Shown piece by piece: positions 14,126 through 26,577 of a DNA stretch of 64,000 nt (the first letter of the stretch is position 1; the number at the start of each line of letters is the position of its first letter). Origin of the DNA: Lama guanicoe (Eukaryota); assembly GCA_013239625.1 (NCBI GenBank), contig MU054323.1:13749950-13813949 (forward strand). The letters are read 5' to 3'. Both the position numbers and the translations under genes were made by a program. Below the pieces are notes generated by a model. That model was not told where the DNA came from, did not search any database, and saw only the letters and a program-made list of their open reading frames with translations.

Positions 14126-15764
14126 TTCACAATGGGGTAGGGTGGAGAGTGGGCATGGGGGAGGCTGGTGATGGGGTAGAGAGAGAGAAGGATCCATAAC
14201 TTGATAGCCTGCAAAAAAGAATTGGACAAGATGGCAGCATGAGGAAAGAAAGTCAGCAAGGGTTGCTGGCTTTTCTCAACTCAAGAAATGAGGAAATGCA
14301 TTAGGGAATGAGGAAAGGAAAATGTGAGTTGGGGTGAAGAGGGCAATTACAAAAGAGGGCATCACCAAAGTTGACAGTCATTGCCTGCTCTCTTCAAAGC
14401 TTTTCAGTTACCACCTGCTGTCACTTGAGGGGGAATGCTGGTGAACTGCATCGTGTAACTTAGAAAATTCATTTTTAAATCTATTTAAGAAATGTCTATG
14501 TAGGCAAAAAACTGTTTCCTTCTGCCTTTATACTAGCAAATAGTTTATTTTCTGATCTTTTCATGTCTTCCCAGGGACATATATTTTTGTCTATAAATTC
14601 TGGATAACACATGTTATAGAGTATTGTGAGGTTTCAGTAAGATAATAAATGTAATACGTGTGGTTAGTGCTAGGCTAGGCACTGGACTGGTAATAGTAAA
14701 TACTAAATAGTGAGTAGTTGTTATATTATTATAGTTTCCACTGTTAAATCTGATTTTTTTTTCCTATGAGGAAATCCTACCACGATCTAAAAATGGCAGG
14801 GCCTTATTTCTGGATTTCCAAAAAATCAGTTTATATGATTGACTTCTAGGGTAGTTATTAACATTAGTTAAGAAAGAAAGATGAGGAATGTGTATAATAA
14901 ATACATAGATGTGTATATATATATATGCATGCTTATACATATATAATTGTATATGTACATGCATATATATATACACATACACTTGTGCTTGCTTAGAAAA
15001 AATTCTGGAAGGACACAGAAAAAACTGTTTATACTAGTTATTACTGGAGAGTTGAGATAGAGAATGGGGAAGAGAATGAAGAAAGTTTTAGTTTTTATTT
15101 TATTCTGTTTAAAATTATGTGCCATGAACAGTATTATTTTCTATAGTAAAACTCACTTTGATATATCTGGATATGGATGGAGATATATATATATATATAT
15201 ATAGTTTATATGTATATATTTATATGGTTTTCATGCCAGTAAATCTTTTTCCTTGCTTTAGAGTTATTCAAGAAGAAGAATCTAGTAAATATCATTTTGT
15301 AAATGAAGAAATAAAATTTATGTGTTTTTATTAAACAACCTCTGAACTATACAGATAACATGACAAATAGACAAAGATTGCAGTATTTAAGTTAAATGTT
15401 GTTTAATAATTGTGCTGTAAAATGGGTTTTATTGTCATAAGATGACATTCTATTGGGAAAACATTCTATTGAAGTGATTTACAGAATAAATATCAGAAAC
15501 TATTTTAGATATGCCGTTGAAAGCTTCAGCAATACGAAAGTGTTAGGGATCAAGTGTGATTTTTCATGTTGTCACATTCTTGACTTGAGATCACATCAAG
15601 AGAAGACTGTGGAGACTTCCACAGGACATAAAACACGGTTCTGTGTTTTATCAGAAGGGGCACAGATCCATTTGGTTGTCTGACCAGATGCTTCATATGC
15701 AAGTTCAAACCTTTCAGGAAAAAGTAAAATACTCAGTTAACACCCTCTTTAAAAAAAAAGGCAT

Positions 15765-15970
15765 ATGTAGAATATGTAAACAATATTATATTATTTAGCA
15801 CAGGGAAATATATACAAGATCTTGTAGCTCACAGCAATAAAAAATGTGACAATGAATATAGGTATGTTCATGTATAACTGAAAAATTGTGTTCTACACTG
15901 GAATTTGAAACAACATTGTAAAATGACTAACTCAATAAAAAATGCTTAAAAATTTTAAAAAATAAAAAAA
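15765..15970 (+). mobile_element. 5'-truncated L1 3'UTR, same lineage as the young L1 at 25753-30885
   Basis: Matches the reverse complement of ~25770-25945 (tagcacagggaaatata, tatgttcatgtataactgaaaaattgtg, ctacactggaatttga). Has AATAAA plus an A-rich tail, a TTT/AAAA target site and an imperfect TSD ending gcata. Confidence 0.9.
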
Positions 15971-17171
15971 GAAGAGCATAGCCTTCAGTGCATTTTAGTG
16001 AACACGAAGCAAATCCAGCCCTTCTCTATTGTCATGCACTCAGGATTGAGATATAAACACCCATATCCCCTCTCTCTGTAAGCCTTTCCCAGACCCTAAG
16101 TCTCTCTGCATGCTCTGCTGGGGCCCGACACCACATAAATCTTGAATTGCACTTGGCATTTAGCTCACATAGGGGTGGGCTAAATTAAATCAAAACAGGT
16201 TTTCTGGTGCAATGATGGTGATCTGAGCCATGAAAGACATGTTATCAGCAATGACAATTTACTTTCCTCACCATAGAATAAACAGAAGCCCAGGAGTTAT
16301 ATGCTAATACCTCCCTCAATCTGTAGTTGTAGAACAGGGTGTATTACTGAGAGACTAAACTACTGGGGATGTGTGAAGACATAGACTTACTTTGTCTGAT
16401 TTCATTTCTCCAGACCTTACTGCCAACTCTGGGTGGCTATCCTGTGCACCTCATCAGAACGAGGGGATGGTGGGAGTACGTTAGAGAAGGGATGGATGAA
16501 CTTTTCCAGATCTATGTCTTCTAGAAATATCCCCAGAGCGTATAATGACAGACTGTGTGTCAGTAGCCTTATTTTTCAGAGAAGAGCAGCCCATAGAACC
16601 TCAGACTAAGAGCTAGACAGGCCTTTACAATAATATACACCAAATCCCCCTTGTTACATGTGAGGAAACTGATGCCCAGATATGTGTTTACCTGAGAAGA
16701 TAACATTCCTGATAAAATAAATCACATTCTTTGATTTTCTGACAATTACTGAATATTTGTTACAATGTTATTTCTTGAGTATTTCAAATTGATAATTTTA
16801 TATCTATAAAGACATATAAATCTTTGTCTATACATAAATTGGAATTTAAAAGTCTCCTTTCTATTTATTTGTTTGGTAGTGAATTTAGTCTTACCACTAA
16901 ATTATATGCTTTATAAGGTGTTGATGAACCATGTTGGTTTCTTAACTGATAATTCAGTTGGCTTTGTAGAGACAAATATCTTCAGTGATCAGTAGGATCT
17001 TAAAGGGTAGACCACAGTGATCTCCATAATACCTTTGAGTACCTACTATGAAAGTGCGTAAGACTATCTCTAGTCCTCACAAAAATCCTGCAAACTGAGT
17101 TTCCCCCCTGGTTTATAGACTTTGAGGCTTAGAAAGTTTAATAACTTGTGTATGATCACATCTTTAGAGAT

Positions 17172-17544
17172 TCTATTAGTAATCTGCTTGGGCTGCCATA
17201 ATGAAATACCATAGACTAGATAACAACAGAAATTTGTTTTCTCACAATTCTGGAGGATGTTAAGTCCAAGGTCAAGGAGCCAGCAGTGTTGATTTTCTGG
17301 TGAGACCTTTCTTCTTAGCTTGCAAATGGTTGCCTTCTCACTTGTCCTCATATGTCCTTTCCTCTGTGTGTGCATAGAGGTATCTCTAGTTTTTCTTTTC
17401 TTATAAGGACACCAATTCTACCAGATTAGGGCCCCAGTCATTTAACCTGATTAGCTCCTTAAAGGTTCTATCACCAAATACAGTCACATTGGGGTTAGGT
17501 CTTCAACATACGAATTTTGGGGAGACAAAATTCAGTCCAGGACA
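17172..17544 (-). mobile_element. MLT1A/B-type MaLR solo LTR inserted in a MIR
   Basis: gggctgccataa...ttctcacaattctggagg...gaattttggggagacaaaattcagtcc; TSD-like gagat/gaaat; MIR-like sequence on both sides (~17030-17170 and ~17545-17610). Confidence 0.85.
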
Positions 17545-17939
17545 GAAATGGAAGCGTTGGGCTATGAATTGGAATCTGCCTGTCTTTGAAAGTCGGGTTT
17601 ATTCTATAATACCTGTTGAGTCTTAGTGTATGAAATTACTGTATAAAATGGCAACAGTAGTATTTTTTTCCTATCGAGTTAATGTGTTTGTACCAAATTT
17701 CAGAGTTTAACTCTATTGTGTCCCTCCCCACTGCTGCTGCGATGGTAGGTGGGAATGGCTGGTGAGCCTAACTAAAAGATAGAAAGTAAAATATTTTGAC
17801 TGTCACCGATATACTTTAGTTTCAGAAAAGAAATTCCTTCTGGATCTCTGAGCACTTGTATGTTCATTTGTCATGTAAGGTTCAAGGTACAGTTATCAGA
17901 ACTTGGAAAACAAGTGACACCATTGACTCATTCTAAGCA

Positions 17940-19030
17940 AGTATGGTCATTCAATATTCTATTCACACAAACATGTATTGAATATTTACTATGTGCTGAG
18001 TGTTCTTCTGATGGCTGGGGACATGACAGTGGGAAAGACTGATAAGGCCCTTGCTCTAATGGAGAAGACAGGGGAAGGTAAGCAAAGAAATGTCATACAG
18101 GGTTGATGCTGTAAAGAAAATGAAGTAAGGTAACAGGATAGAGGGTACTGGCGGTGAGGTATCATTAGTTTGGTGCACAGGGAGGTCTTCCTTACTATGA
18201 TGACATGTGAGCTATATGATAAAGGTGTATTAGGGTTTTCCAGAGAAACAGAACCAATAGTGAGGCAAGATAGATAGAGATTTATTATGAAGGATTGGCT
18301 CATGTGATTATGGAGGTTCAGAATCTGTCATCAGCAAGCTGGAGTCTTAGGAAAGCCAGTGGTATAATTCCAGTACAAACCCGAGGCCCTGACAAGCAAG
18401 GGAGCCAGTGTTATAAGTCCAAGTCTGAGTCTGGAGGCCTAGGAACCAGGAATGCTAATGTCCAAAGGCAGGAGAAGATGAATGTCCTGGCTGAAGAAAG
18501 AGAGTAAATTCACCCTTCCTCTGCCTTTTTGTTTTGTTTAGGCCCTTAAGAGATTGGATGATGCCCACGTGCAGGTGGTGATATTTACTTAGTCCATCAG
18601 TTCAGATTCTAGCCTCTTCCAGAAACATCCCCACAGACATACCCCAAAATAATGTTTTACCAGCTATCTGGGCATCTCTTAGCCCAGCCAAGTTGACACA
18701 AAATGAACCATCACAGAAAGTATGAGTCATGGAAAAATTTGAGAGCTTAATAGTCCAAGCAAAGGAAGTAAAAGCAAAGGCTGTAGGTGGGAAAATGGGA
18801 TTTGTTTAAGGAACAGAAAGGCCAGTATGGCTACAGGGAGTGAACAAGACAGGTCTTGGGCCAAAATGAGATGAGAAACGTCAGCAGTGGCCAATTGCAG
18901 AAAGTCTGGTACAACGTGGAAAGGAAGCTGGCATTTATTCTAAATGCTTTGTGACTATCTAGGCAAGCATTGTATAGAAGAGTGACATAGTCTGGTCGGT
19001 ATTTGCGAATAATAATTCTGTACTGTACAT
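17940..19030 (-). mobile_element. L2 fragment interrupted by an MLT2 LTR
   Basis: cattcaatattctattcacacaaacatgtattgaatatttactatgtg is the antisense L2 tail; the L2 body resumes after 18715. Confidence 0.75.
18226..18715 (-). mobile_element. MLT2-family (ERVL) solo LTR
   Basis: tgtattagggttttccagagaaacagaaccaatag ... gccaagttgacacaaaatgaaccatcaca, with complete TG...CA termini. Confidence 0.9.
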
Positions 19031-22029
19031 ATACCACTTTCAATGATTATAATTTTGTGTCTCTTCTCACCACGAGCATCTTCCTGTGAGGCAAAAGGGG
19101 GCAACATATTCTGCAGACTGGTCAATTTAAAATAGTTTTTGAAGAACTGCTGCTGAACCACAAAATTAGACTATTAATACAGATGTATTTATACTTTGCT
19201 TGTAGTTAACTCATGTCTGGTATGTCAGAAAGCTTGGCCACCTGTTTATCATTGCCCCTTTTATTTCTCCATTGTTAAGGTAATCTGGATGATGTTCTAA
19301 TGAGAAGTGATTTACAGCTTCGTTTCTTACTTAACTCTTTTCCTTCCCTCTTTCTGTCCACCCTTCTTTTTTCCTTCTAATGAAAAAGGCATTCTGTGTT
19401 TTCTGTCATTAGCTGTGTTCTCCATGCAAATTCAGCCTGTTCCCGTTCTGTTTTCTGGGCACTGATTTCATTATCTGCTTATGAGCTCCTCCAGTTACCA
19501 CAATTTAAAAGCAACAATGGGAAGGAAATCTGAACCTGGCAGATTATTTGCTGCTTGCCCCAGGTAGTTGCTGTGAGCCACATTCACCCACCAGAGGATT
19601 CCCAGAGAAGGGGCTATGTTGCCTTCACTTGCTAGCACTCATCTCTGTCCTCTGATGACATCTGTTGTGGGACAGCTGGTGTGGTTTGGGGACATTTCAT
19701 CTATAGCTGTTAATGTAGCATGCCCCCAAAGAGCAGCTTATGGCTATAAGCATTACCCATGGGTGAGGCAGGGAGAACGAGAAGGCAGAGGTACAAGACA
19801 GGAAACCTGGGAAATCAAACGAGTAATGGGGACAGGATGAAAGAGGAAAGTGAGAGACAGTCAACCAGTATTGTAGATGGTAGCAGGTTTTGAGGGCATA
19901 GACGAGATAACTAATTTAATGTGATGAAATGGCAAACGAACACTGGAATGCATGTTGGCAGGGTTTGGGGAGAGTGACAGGATATGCTCATTTGTGCTTA
20001 TTCACGGATGTGTCCATGATGCTGAGAGCCCACTTATTCTCTGAAAGTATGTTGCATTGTGCTAGCACAGACTTCTAGCCGGGATCTCTGGTTCTTGGCA
20101 GCAGCACAGCGTTAATAAAGTGTTATTTTATGAGCATAATCATTGTAAACATCTGAGTGTCCTTCCTCCTGCAGGAGCAAATACTAATCTTGAGCAACAT
20201 ACGCCCCCAAATCTGTCAACCCTGAAGATAGCCTTGGAGCCTGTCTTTTTTTTACCTCCTCTTTCTCCTTCCTCTTCTTTTGGTACCATGTGCCCTTGTG
20301 TCCCAGATCACATTATAGGGCAGGTGAATTATAAATAGAAATCCATAGGGCTATTATGGAGTCCAATAATAATGAAATATGCTATCCACATTTTAAATAA
20401 CAGAAGTGGTATGGCAATATATGTGCTTTCTTAATAGATGGAATAATGAGATCTAGTGATGAGTCTAATAACTTCCACTTTATTGAAGTGGTATGAACAT
20501 ATTTTGAGATATCTGGACCAATTATATGATATGAAAATATTTCTGATTTCTGATGGTGACAGAGTCATATATCATTGGTTTCACTGTGGTTTTTTGCTTA
20601 GTCATACTTTAAAACATGCTAGATTTCAGTTAAATGCTAGTGAAAATAAAGATTGAATTTTTTTTAACCATTCAGGTCACAGACCCCTTATTTTCTATTC
20701 ATTGACCTTGGGTTAAGAGTTAAGAATCTCTCTGTTGGCGGTCCCTGAGGTAGAGAGATTAAGTGGCCAGCCTACCTATCCCCAAATTGGTAGGATGTAC
20801 TCTGGTTCTGGGTTCTTTCCATAGAGTTTAAAGCATCCCTGAAGAAACTGAATAATTTTAATGAAGCTTGAAGCTTTTAAGTATTCTGAGGGTATGCTGG
20901 GGTAATCAGTACAGAACTGGACATTATCAGAATCACCTATGTTAAAGCTCAGCCTCCAAAGAGTCTCCTGAAACTGACCTGCTTCTCCATTGACCCCTAG
21001 TCCTAGACTTAGAAGAGACTGTCTGCAGGATGACTATGAGCTGAAGTAATTCCCACATGTACATTATAATGGCACCAGTGTGGCTCCGATGGTAGCATCC
21101 CAAACCAGAAGAATGTTTATTCACATATCAAGGTAACTAAAGAGAAAGAAAATTTCTATCTGTTGGGATGATTCTTGCTCTGGGCCAGTTTTTACTTTGT
21201 AAGCATCAGGCCATTGTAACCCACATAATATTAGACATTAAGCAATAGATACTCATTTTGGGAGATGTTTAGCGATGTCACATGAAAAGTACAGAGGTAC
21301 TGGCAGAATGAGTGATCTGTTTCTTGCCTAGGATATCAGGTCACCCTCCTACTGTCTCAGAGCACAGAGAAATGATAGCCTCACAGAGGGGCTGCAGACA
21401 TGGGGATTCGAGTCGAAGAGACAGAGTCCGGGCCAAGATTGGTCAGTATTATGGGTCCTAGAGCTTAAAGAGAGCATTTAACTATAGGACCTACTCTGAG
21501 GGGTTACAGAAGGGAATCTAGAGCAGATTCTGTTACAGTCTGCGTAGTTTTTCATGGCAAGCAGAGTAAAATCAACCTCACTTCAGATGGAGGGGGCCTT
21601 CTGTGCTCTGGCTTTGGCCAGTTTTCAGACCTCATCCTTGTCTTCTCTGTCCCTTGTTGACTGTTTTCCAACTAAATTTGCTGTCAGGGTCTTAGCTCTT
21701 GCTGTCCTTCTGCTCGACTTGTTCTCCTTCTTCCCTCCCCTTCATTCACTCCAGACCCGGTTTCCTTTCATTCCCTACTCCACTCATCCTGCTTAAGTCA
21801 ACTTAGCCTCCTTATGGGGAATGTCTCCCTACTCCATCCATGTGGACACTCCCTTTTCAAACCCTTGTGTTTGCTCTTCCTGTTGCCTAAAACTGTCCCT
21901 CACCTTCCTTGGCTCTGTGGTCAGCTGTCACCCACAGGAAAACCTTTCATGCCCTCATCCCCTATTTAAAATGGCCTCCTTCCTCTTTGCCCTTATATCT
22001 TCTGTCCCTGCTTGATTTTTTTTTCTCCT

Positions 22030-22195
22030 GTCATTTATTTCTGCCTGAAATAATTTAATTATGCTGTCTATCTCCAGAATATAAGCTCTATGAGGGCAAG
22101 AGATTTTTCTGTTTTTGTTTACTGCCATAGCCACAGTTCTTAGAACAATACCTAGCATATAGTGAGCATTCAGTTCAATTTTGAATATGTGCATT
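22030..22195 (+). mobile_element. L2 3'-end fragment
   Basis: agaatataagctctatgagggcaagagatttttctgtttttgtttactg...tagaacaatacctagcatatagtgagcattca. Confidence 0.8.
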
Positions 22196-23862
22196 TTCTA
22201 CCATGTGGGACTATTGTTTAGCTGTACAGGATTGGGGGTGGGGTGGTTCTGGAGGTTTGGTTTCTTACGCAAGTTTTAACTACCCCCACCAGGTTTATAA
22301 TCACAGTCTGTACCCCACTTTCAGAGGTATTGTAATTTCTAAGTCTTCCCAGGCTCCCGAGGTGAGAATGGCCTTCCTTTTTTTCTGGCTCTCAATCTTC
22401 TAAAATCTAGCAGACTTTTCCCAAACATTCTAAGATCTGCAGTCAGTTACCACTTAACCTATTTTCTATCTTACAAAATTTTGTATCTCTCTCTTGTTTT
22501 CCTGTCCTCTTGCCCTATCAACTTACAGCTCGGCCTAATGAGAAAAATTGCTGTGTGCTTCAATGCAAAGAAAATGACAAAATAGGAATAGTCTAGGTTT
22601 TCATTGTATGGATCTCAGATGGTGTACTTAGGAGGAACTGAGATTACTGGAGGATTCAAATAGGTAATATGATTGTGTATGGGAGATGTAGAAGAGACAG
22701 AAGCCTAGATCTGTGGACTAGATTATCTTTTTGGTCACTTTTAATCGTAAAAAGTCATGATTCAGTGATTCTGTGAAATTCTCTGAACTGCTAAGATAAA
22801 ATGTTACCTCGACACAAAGAGCATGATTATTAGCTTCATTTTTTTGAAGTGATGTTATAATCTTTGTTCATTTTCAGTTTTATTATTCTTTTGAGCTTAG
22901 TAAATTTTCTCACCAGCTCCTCTTTTGTAGTATCACAGTATCTAACAGCTTTAATCAACCAATTTGTCTTGACAGAAATTACATGCCTGGCTGTCTCTAT
23001 TCATAGCACTGTTTTGTTTTTTTCAGTCTCCATTCAACCACAGCCTCCCTCTCATAGAACATCCAATATGTATGTTCGGTTTCAGTGTTCTGGTTTCACC
23101 AAAGGTCACTTATCTGTTTTCCACAAACATAACCAGCTTTAATACTCATTGTCTGAGAACATTGTTTTTAATCATTCCATATTTATGTGGAACTCATATG
23201 TAGCTCCATTATCAAGATTCAGAATGAACCAGAATTACTTATTGGAATCTTTAAATAGATTGTTAGAAGCAATTTTATTCCCTTGTGTTATTTAGTCCCA
23301 TGCTCCCTATTTTGTTAAGTATATTACCTTTTACCTGGCCTTGTCAGACTTGATTATTAGACAGGGAGTACATTAATAAGATAAAGTCCTTAGTCAAGAT
23401 TAGAATCTTACATGAAGCTCAGTGTTTTGTCTGCCTTGGAATTATCTGGAATATGGCCATGTACTCAGTTTTAAATTGGTTATAGTGCTCTCTTGTTGGT
23501 AAACATTTAGCCTTCCTTATTGCCACAAGGCTCAGGTTCCCTGGACTTCTAATGATCTATCTTAACAGAATTCATATTACGCATTTCTCTTCTTGAGTGG
23601 TATTTTACAGTTTGTTTTGGGAGTTGATGATAATGATGCTTGCATCCTGGCAGTGATCTCCTAGGGGGCTACATGGTAGTTGGGACCTGTAGATTAGACA
23701 GAGGAAGTCTATTATCATGTTTTGCCTCAAAAAGCAGAAATACAAGCTGTCCAATGAACTTATCTTTGTATATTTCTTATAAAAGTCAGTCCCAGGCTAA
23801 TCAGAGGATTCTGAAAGTATAAATACGTTTTGAAGTTCTACTTAAAAATGAAATTTGTTTGA

Positions 23863-24067
23863 TACAGAGAACAGATTAGTGGTTACCAGATGGGAAGTTG
23901 GGGGAGGTGAAATGGGTAAAGGGAATCAACTGTATGGTGATGGATAGAAACTACTTTTGGTGGTGAGCATGGTGTAGTGTACACAGAAGTTGAAATATAA
24001 TGTTGTACACATGAGATTTACATACTATTGTAAACCAGTATTACTTCAATAAATAAAAGTTTTTTTT
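23863..24067 (+). mobile_element. 5'-truncated L1 3'UTR (L1MA9-like) with a perfect 16-bp TSD
   Basis: acagagaacagattagtggttaccaga...ttttggtggtgagcat...aataaa, flanked by AATGAAATTTGTTTGA at 23847-23862 and 24068-24083. Confidence 0.92.
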
Positions 24068-25346
24068 AATGAAATTTGTTTGAAAAGCATCAGTATATAG
24101 TACTCTACTTCTAAAATCTTTTATTTCATTTTGCTTTGATCAGTTAAAATCAGAGGACTTAGTTCCATGATATTTTTTCAAGACTTCCTCTGAGATTTTA
24201 GCATGTGTTGGGGTTCTGTTCCTGGATCTACTTCTCATAGACATTCTGCTTAATATTACTGAACTTTTGTTTATGTGCATAAGAATTTAGATTTATAATG
24301 CCTATCTGTGTATTGTTAAAGCAAGTAAAAAGGGCCAAAAACTAAGATGAAATAATTTTAGACCTATCCACTATTTGGTGTTACGTTGCTCTGCTTCTTT
24401 CATTGTCATGAGTAATTTATATCTATTTGTGTATTAGTATTGTAGACAGAGAGATAAATACTATATAGATAAGAAACTAAAAGAACCTAATTATAAGCTT
24501 TAATCCGAGAGTGACTACTTAATTACTCAGATCTTCAGTTTTCCTGTTTGCCCACAGAAACAGCCAAATACAGACATATTTAGCTCTAACAATGGCTGTG
24601 TTTCCCTGAATTTGCGTTTTATCTATTGCTGGCAAATTAAATCATATTTTTAGTACATGGAGGTAGGATGTGGAGGTGGCATGATCTTTAAAGAAACCTT
24701 TCTATGAATTTAGCAACTAACTCACTAATCCACTTGCCTTTATAAATCTGGATTTTTAAATAATAGGTTTTGGTAAAAGAGTAATTCATGTTTTATAAAT
24801 GAAGTCATATTTTAAATGCACTACAAGAGCATGCTTTTAAAAACTGTTACCTTATCTGAAATCCTTCTATGAATATGTTTTCTGATTAATTTCATTATTT
24901 ATACTTTTGATAAATTTTGATTTTTATAAATCAGATTTAGTTTTATTAAAGCTGGGTCATTCTTCTTTATTCTATAGATGCATAGTGTAGGGTAGTTAGT
25001 TAATATCCACAGTTTTCTGGAGAGATGAATACAACCTGGAGCTTTATATACTATCAGCCTCCTTTCTCGTCTTTTCTGCTCCATGTGCAGGCAAGTTTGT
25101 CATGGTTGAAAAGTTGGCAGGGAAGTGTTACTGGTTAACCTACTCTGTCTTAAGACTTAACCAATGCTCTTTTCAAAATACATTTTTTTCATGGTCAGTC
25201 AGACCTCAGACGAGATACATTTTTATTTCCTGAAAATAAAAATAATTCAAGTAGAAGTAAAAGAAAACAAGTGGAATAGAAACTTGAAGATTGCAAATTT
25301 ATTACAAATAAAAGAACTAGCATAGAAACAGAAAAAAAACCCCTGA

Positions 25347-25708
25347 ATTTTCTTTTCTTTTTTTTCTTTTTTAATTTAAGAATAGTTGATTTATAATGTG
25401 TTAGTTTCAGGTGTATAGCAGTGATTCATTGTATATATATCCATATCTATATCTATTCTTTTTCAGATTCTTTGCATTATAAGTTATTACAAGATATTGA
25501 ATATAGTTGCCTGAGTTATACAGTAGGTCCTTGTTGTACATCTGTTCTGTATATAGAAGTTTGTATCTGCTAATCTCAATCTCAAACTCCCAATTTATCC
25601 CCTACATTTCCCTTTGGTAACCATAGGTTTGTTTTCTATGTCTGTGAGTCTATGTTTTGTAAATAAGTTCATTTATACCAATTTTTTAGGTTCCACATAT
25701 AAATGATA
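25347..25708 (-). mobile_element. L1 3'UTR fragment (artiodactyl-type)
   Basis: Poly-T, then atagttgatttataatgtgttagtttcaggtgtatagc...tatacagtaggtccttgttg...ttccacatataaatgata. Confidence 0.88.
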
Positions 25709-26053
25709 TTTGCGTAAAAATAAAATGACTTTGTCACTAAGGACAAGGTCTGTTTATTTTTTTTAACGTTTTTTATTGATTTATAATCATTTTATAATGT
25801 AGTGTCAAATTCCAGTGTAGAGCACAATTTTTCAGTTATACATGAACATACATACATTCATAGTCACATTCTCTTTCACTGTGAGCCACCACAAGATCCT
25901 GTGTATATTTCCCTGTGCTACACAGTACAATCTTGTTTATTCTACATTTTGAAATCCCACTCTGTCCCTTCCTACGGACTGCCCCCTTGGCAACCACGAG
26001 TTTGTATTCTATGTTTGTTAGTCTGTTTCTGTTTTGTATTTCTGTTTTGTTTT

Positions 26054-26577
26054 TTAGATTCCACATATGAGCGATCTCATACGGTATTTTTCTCTTTCTG
26101 GCTTATTTCACTTAGAATGACATTCTCCAGGAACATCCATGTTGCTGCAAATGGTGCTATGTTGTTGGTTTTTGTGGATGAGTAGTGTTCCATTGTATAA
26201 ATACACCACATCTTGTTTATCCAGTCATCTGTTGATGGACATTTAGGCTGTTTCCATGTCTTGGCTATTGTAAATAGTACTGGTATGAACATTGGGGTGC
26301 AGGTGTCTTTCTGAAGTAACGTTCCTTTTGGATATATGCCCAGGAGCGGGATTCCTGGGTCATATGGTAACTCTATTCCTAGTCTTTTGAGGAATCTCCA
26401 TACTGGTGTTTTCCACAGTGGCTGCACCAACCTGCATTCCCACCAACAGTGTAGGAGGATTCCCTTTTCTCCACAGCCTCTCCAGCATTTGTCATTTGTG
26501 GATTTCTGAATGATAGCCATTCTGACTGGTGTGAGGTGATACCTCACTGTAGTTTTGATTTGCATTTCTCTGATAAT
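26054..26577 (-). pseudogene. C-terminal Cys-rich segment of L1 ORF2, cut off by the in-frame stop
   Basis: Same frame as the 1089-aa [17 protein letters not shown]...[20 protein letters not shown] small frameshift near 26090 precedes the canonical end (tgtggaatctaa, stop at 26054-26056). Confidence 0.9.

Noticed and set aside
3127..18715. Two same-orientation MLT2 LTRs as the ends of one ERVL provirus
   Set aside because: They are 15 kb apart with no gag/pol remnant between them, differ internally, and the second sits alone inside an L2.
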